Origin: a bacterium
Lineage (GTDB): Bacteria > Hinthialibacterota > Hinthialibacteria > Hinthialibacterales > Hinthialibacteraceae
DNA length: 11,677 nucleotides
Direction of reading: 5' to 3'
NCBI GenBank assembly: GCA_963663405.2
Contig: CAXXSM010000048.1
Span: 1 to 11,677, forward strand
The position numbers and the translations under genes were made by a program. The notes below the pieces were generated by a model, which saw only the letters and a list, made by a program, of their open reading frames with translations, was not told the DNA's origin and did not search any database. Positions within the stretch are counted from its first letter, which is position 1. Every line of letters starts with the position of its first letter. Below, piece by piece: positions 7,319-11,677 of this stretch.

Positions 7319-9505
7319 CTAGCGTAGTGACCAATCACCGACGCCGGTTTCGGATGTCTGCAGGATTTCCACCTCATCCAATAACACACCCCAACCGAAA
7401 TTCCCAACGGTCTCGAAACGGATTCGGTAGGATTCGCTCAAATCCGGTAATTCCAGAACTTGATGTATCCATTCGGTCACATTACTCATGTATTCCGCAC
7501 CGGGCAACAAAATCCATTCTCCATCCGGTGAACTCTGATAATACACACGCAACTCATCCTGGTCGTCTCCCCAAGCGGGTTGAGCGTAGTAGAATGACAG
7601 ATAAGCCGTATCGAATTGACTCAGACAGAAAGATTGAGATGTGGCATAAGAAAAAATACCGATTTCTTCTGTGTAATCATCTTCAAATTCGTACCGTGGG
7701 TCAAATGAAAAAATACTGTTTTGCTTTCCGTTAAATGCCGAACTTGGATTTTGTTTCGGCATTAAATTACCATTGGCGTTATACCAACTATAACTATGAT
7801 CGAAATACATTTCGCCGTTATGTGAATAAGAAATTCGAAAATGTGGATTGTCCTCGTTCGCTTCAAATCCGTTGCGAAAGATATTTTTTGATGATTTAAA
7901 TATTGCCTCATCCGAACTTGCGGAAGCGATCCCATTGTTCATCGTCCATCTGTAATAATAAGTGGTATCGGGAAGAAGGTTGTCGATATCCAAAGTGATT
8001 TCTTGATCGCGCAGTAATGGCGAAACCGATTTGATATTTCCGTATTCAGGTGTTTCACCGTATTCGAGATATACATTTGTTGGCAGATTGTTGGTTTCAA
8101 ACGCGCCGATAAATGTCGTCTGTAAATAGTTATCCCGTACAACAGGACGATCCGTTTCGACCGAAGGCTCCTTAAGCGTGAATGAATCCGGCAAGCCTTC
8201 AATATCATCCTCACCATCTTCCTGATTGACGATAACCAGACGATAGTCATACGTGTGTCCGGAAACCAATCCGTTAACGTTTTCTGTTGCGCGGTAAATG
8301 CTTTGGCCGCTTGAATAGGAGATTGTCTTCGTTTCTGTTTTCTGATTGAACGTTTCATCCTTTCCGTATTCAAAATAATAAGAAACGGCGGCTCCGCCCG
8401 TTTTGACATAACCCGAGAAGGTTGCATAATCCTCGCCGGCATCTTCTACTCCCGTTGTATATGCGTGGATAGACGATTCATCCAAATACAACACACAAGG
8501 ATACAAATTAACTCTGGCCGATTTGTAGCGGATGCGCATATACCCATCCTCACCCCATTCGGTTCCCCAACTGTTTCGCAGTATCCAGCAGCCGCCCCCG
8601 CCTTCCGGTGGATGATCATCCCACCCGACCAGAGAGATGGCGTGGTTCGCAGATGAATAATAATAAGGGGTGGCATTCGGCTCCGTACACGTATCCTCAT
8701 AAACGCCGCCTGCGTAATTATAAAACGCATTGGTGACATAGATGGCGGTAACGACACATCCATATTTCAGTATGGCCGCTTTGATCGCATCGGTTGTGTC
8801 TTCATCATTGGGAGTGAATACACGAAACCAATTGTCCACATAAATACGAGGATAAGATTTAGATTTTTCACTATAGTCATCGCCCGGGTAGATGTCCTGA
8901 TATGGAAAGTCTTTTTCAAAACAAGTTCCTTCCAATCCGGTTCCTAAACCGAACTTGGTAAGCGCTGTCAAGTTGTAAAAATCTACGTTGGCCCCAATCC
9001 ATCCTGAGAAATATTCGGAGTAATCATCAACTTGCCCGAGAGTCCAAGACACATACGATTCGGATAGATCGATGCAGTTTTCATCCGTTAAATTTGCATG
9101 GATGTTGAAAACCGATTCCGCCGCAGCGTTACCCGCGAACATTCCGCAGGTTCCTGCTTGCATCTGATCGCGTATTGGGCCGATATAGGATTTCCCATCG
9201 ATGTTACGCCAATCGAATGATTCAGGCAATTCTTCGGGAATGTCTATTGTTCTGATATTGAGCGATTTGCTTTTTAAATTGGTTCCACTTTCGACTGGAA
9301 AGAGTCCTGGAACGAAGTAACTTCTGCCCACTTCTGTTTCGTAATCGCGGACTTGAAATGAATATCCATTTTGTTTGATTTTTTCGCGAATTGTGCGGAT
9401 GTCGTCATCCGCTTCAAAAGGCATAAGTGTTTGTGACCAAGACAAGCCGACAGCAAACATCACTAACAAACATAGAGCATAACGAATCCAAGTATTCATA
9501 TTCAC
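7319..9505 (-). CDS. Secreted papain-family (C1A) cysteine peptidase with two FN3-like modules, a MAM/cleaved-adhesin-like domain and a short conserved C-terminal tail
   Basis: Signal peptide (WIRYALCLLVMFAVGLSWS) and short pro-region, then LPESFDWR, oxyanion Gln and catalytic Cys in PIRDQMQAGTC, DLSE, catalytic His in NHAISLVGW, and catalytic Asn in WILRNSWGTEWGEDGYMRI. Two repeats follow (YYFEYG...GLVSGHTYDYR; VYLEYG...NLLPDTTYYYR), then QDELRVYY...W...GWGVLLDEVEI. The GTG start has AAGGA upstream. The protein ends ETGVGDWSLR*. Confidence 0.9.
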   Translation of the reverse strand: MNMNTWIRYALCLLVMFAVGLSWSQTLMPFEADDDIRTIREKIKQNGYSFQVRDYETEVGRSYFVPGLFPVESGTNLKSKSLNIRTIDIPEELPESFDWRNIDGKSYIGPIRDQMQAGTCGMFAGNAAAESVFNIHANLTDENCIDLSESYVSWTLGQVDDYSEYFSGWIGANVDFYNLTALTKFGLGTGLEGTCFEKDFPYQDIYPGDDYSEKSKSYPRIYVDNWFRVFTPNDEDTTDAIKAAILKYGCVVTAIYVTNAFYNYAGGVYEDTCTEPNATPYYYSSANHAISLVGWDDHPPEGGGGCWILRNSWGTEWGEDGYMRIRYKSARVNLYPCVLYLDESSIHAYTTGVEDAGEDYATFSGYVKTGGAAVSYYFEYGKDETFNQKTETKTISYSSGQSIYRATENVNGLVSGHTYDYRLVIVNQEDGEDDIEGLPDSFTLKEPSVETDRPVVRDNYLQTTFIGAFETNNLPTNVYLEYGETPEYGNIKSVSPLLRDQEITLDIDNLLPDTTYYYRWTMNNGIASASSDEAIFKSSKNIFRNGFEANEDNPHFRISYSHNGEMYFDHSYSWYNANGNLMPKQNPSSAFNGKQNSIFSFDPRYEFEDDYTEEIGIFSYATSQSFCLSQFDTAYLSFYYAQPAWGDDQDELRVYYQSSPDGEWILLPGAEYMSNVTEWIHQVLELPDLSESYRIRFETVGNFGWGVLLDEVEILQTSETGVGDWSLR

Positions 9506-10703
9506 AGTATCCTTATAAAAAAAGATATTTTTGGGCGGAATTTCCCATTTGAACGAAAAAAGCCTATTTTAGAATCCCATTCAAATTGCCAATACAATAA
9601 TGCAGCAAGTCAAGCATCCTTCCGGAAATCCTACATTTTGAAGATAAAGGAGGCGATTTCATCCAGTAATTCAACCTAATGCATACAACTTTTCCAGGGC
9701 AGTTATAAATCCTCTAATATTTCGATGCTTGATCCTGAACCATTACACCGGAATTAGTTTGAGCCGGTGAATCTTCTTAAGAATCCTCTCAAAAAGTCCT
9801 CATGGCGCCGCTGCTTATGGTATTTGGACGGTCAAAATGTCACGTGTGTGATACGGCCTTTGCCCCGATCTTGATGAGTTTCTTCAAATGAGTTATTGGT
9901 GACAAATGCTTTATCGATACCACGATTTCGTTCGATAGAATGAATGATATTGAACCACCGGTTTACAATTCTGGAATAGCAAGAAATGATTCCATAAACG
10001 GAACGTTTGCTTTACCAAGACTCGATTCATCAACTTCGAATATTGAAAAACTCATCCAAGGCTCTGCCAATGAGAATACTCTTGATATCAGTATACCAAC
10101 TTTTTCAATCTCTCTGGGGTATCCGGAATAGAGCCAAGGTCTTGACGATGGTATCCATATCCGTCTGTATGTGGGCTGTGTTGGATTGGATAGGCGCATT
10201 TTGAAGATTCGGAACTGCAGTGGCGGTCAGAATTCACCAAACGGTTGTCTCCCTCCGTACGTGTGATTCCTTACTGGGGTTAAAGAGGATTTACACTATG
10301 GTGTGTGAAGATATCTCCACCCAATTCGCACATGCGTCAGATAGAAGCGGAAGACTTCTTCTCCGGTGGCCTCCCTTTTCGGCATAATCCTGTGAAAAGT
10401 CTTTGGGCGGATGCTTGCCGTAACATTTGTAAGCGGTATTATTTTGTGTATAAGGGGCATATTTCCATGCCCTGTGTTTTTACGAGCCAGGCCAAAAGAG
10501 GAGAAGCCTTCCAACGGCTTTCTGGGCATGAATCGTATTGATTTTCTTCGCTGCCAACTCGCAGACTTCTATGGCGGCAAATTGCACATTACAGGGTCAA
10601 AAAGTGGCTTGAGTAAATCGCATACAGTCAATCGAAGGGGTGCTTTTTTCCTCTTGATAAGAGCACGCCTGCCATTCTGGCATTACAATCCGTGCTTTTG
10701 CGG

Positions 10704-10731
10704 TTGTTTCCCTGACAAAGAACGCTATAAT
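10704..10731 (+). promoter_or_regulatory. Putative sigma70-type promoter for the pilin-like gene
   Basis: Perfect -10 TATAAT (10726-10731) with TTGTTT (10704-10709) at 16-bp spacing. It would give a leader of about 170 nt. Confidence 0.4.
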
Positions 10732-10909
10732 TTATACAGTCCTATGGAAGGTGTTGGTGCGGGTTTTTTTGTGCTTTTCATGGGACTTGACGAACCTCGT
10801 GGAATGAAGCGCATGCAGACGTTTCACCACGCGAGGAGGGAAATTGCCGGAGACATACCACCGAATCATTTGGGGGTGATCTTGCGGCCAAAAACAAGGG
10901 ATTACCATA

Positions 10910-11539
10910 ATGCAAAAGTACAGAGGTTTTACGCTTATTGAGTTGCTGATTGTTGTTGCAATCATTGGAATCTTGGCGGCTATCGCCGTCCCTAATTTTC
11001 TGAACGCGCAAATCCGGGCGAAAGTTGCACGTAGCATTTCTGATTTGCGCAATCTTGATGACCAGAATTTTCTCCGTAAGAATGATACAGGGCGTTGGTT
11101 GATTGATGGAAATGACTCCGGCGATCCGATCTCTAAAGAGAAATGCACTCTGGAAAATACATCAATGTGGGGTGTACCCCCCACACAAGCTGGGATTAAA
11201 GACCTTATTGGTGATTTTCGGTACTACAGCGGCCACATTTGGCAGCAACTTACAACACCTATTAATTATATGGGCTCTATCCCCACTGAACCGTTTTCAC
11301 GCGGGATGTTTTATGGTTTTGACGACATTAACTGCTCGAATGGGATTGGAATGGTCTATTTTATGACTGCATCAGGACCTGATAAGGATATCGGCGAGTG
11401 GCGCGGTCCGACAGGCATGGCCGTGCTTTACGAGCCGTCGAATGGCCTTAATTCCGATGGAGATATCACGCGTTGCCGTATTCTGAAAGGCGACGGCGGT
11501 GAACTGGTCAATCGACTCGGTTACCGTATCTGCAGCTAA
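10910..11539 (+). CDS. Prepilin-type N-terminal cleavage/methylation domain protein (type IV pilin / T2SS pseudopilin-like)
   Basis: Class III signal peptide MQKYRG|FTLIELLIVVAIIGILAAIAVPNF with basic leader, Gly-1, Phe+1, Glu+5 and Pro22. The globular domain contains LTTPINY...PTEPF, SGPDKD and YEPSNGLNSDGDI, plus four Cys. AAGGGA lies upstream of the ATG. Confidence 0.92.
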   Translation: MQKYRGFTLIELLIVVAIIGILAAIAVPNFLNAQIRAKVARSISDLRNLDDQNFLRKNDTGRWLIDGNDSGDPISKEKCTLENTSMWGVPPTQAGIKDLIGDFRYYSGHIWQQLTTPINYMGSIPTEPFSRGMFYGFDDINCSNGIGMVYFMTASGPDKDIGEWRGPTGMAVLYEPSNGLNSDGDITRCRILKGDGGELVNRLGYRICS

Positions 11540-11569
11540 TTTATTGCCATCGGTTTAACAGTAATTTCT

Positions 11570-11610
11570 AAACGCCCGCGCTCCGGTCAGGAGCTCGGGC
11601 GTTTTTCTTT
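11570..11610 (+). terminator. Rho-independent terminator of the pilin-like gene
   Basis: AAACGCCCG-C-GCTCC, loop GGTCA, GGAGC-T-CGGGCGTTT, followed by TTCTTT. It lies 30 bp after the stop codon. Confidence 0.88.
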
Positions 11611-11677
11611 ATAATAACCATCCTCTCACAAAGCGCCGTCTATAGCTAACTGTGGTAATGGCTCAGATTGTCTAAAA

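Noticed and set aside
522-9456. Numerous 60-170 aa ORFs nested in or antisense to the four long genes
   Set aside because: They are alternative-frame or shadow ORFs of well-supported genes, with no independent motifs.
10570-10650. GGCAAA-containing stretch reminiscent of a c-di-GMP-I (GEMM) riboswitch upstream of a pilin
   Set aside because: It lacks the GNRA-capped P2 stem and the following GCAAA/P3 elements, and lies upstream of the candidate promoter.
10411-10941. 176-aa + strand ORF overlapping the pilin start
   Set aside because: It has no recognisable motifs, atypical composition and no clear RBS, and it spans the candidate promoter and leader of the pilin gene.
10732-11184. 150-aa minus-strand ORF (AIAAKIPMIATTISNSISVKP)
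   Set aside because: It is the antisense shadow of the pilin hydrophobic N-terminus.
11635-11677. tRNA-like 5' half (GCCGTCTATAGCTAACTGTGGTAATGGC..., with a D-stem-like GCTA/TGGC and GG in the loop)
   Set aside because: The anticodon arm does not form properly (no U33, 3' strand mismatched) and the window ends here. It cannot be supported without downstream sequence and tRNAscan-SE.
1-11677. CRISPR array, IS element, integron or prophage signatures
   Set aside because: No regularly spaced repeats, terminal inverted repeats, or transposase, integrase or phage genes were seen.

Overview
Bacterial chromosomal window with five credible genes and no transposase, integrase, CRISPR array or rRNA. 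The genes are: (1) a 5'-truncated AsnB-family glutamine amidotransferase; (2) a ~1210-aa secreted protein with FG-GAP-like repeats, a Ser/Thr-rich central region with two long amphipathic beta-hairpin-like segments, and a CARDB/Ig-like C-terminus; (3) a class II CPD photolyase; (4) a secreted papain-family (C1A) cysteine peptidase with FN3-like and MAM/adhesin-like accessory domains; (5) an orphan type IV pilin/pseudopilin-like protein with its own promoter, structured leader and terminator. A 1.4-kb divergent gap with no credible long ORF separates (4) and (5). The most notable observation is that the two unrelated signal-peptide-bearing proteins end in the same 10-residue tail, [DE]-T-x-V-x-D-W-x-L-x-stop (DTNVADWPLH* and ETGVGDWSLR*), which the other three proteins lack. 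This suggests an uncharacterised C-terminal secretion or sorting signal. From recollection only (unverified), the pilin type and tail resemble candidate-phylum genomes such as Hinthialibacterota/OLB16 or Sumerlaeota.
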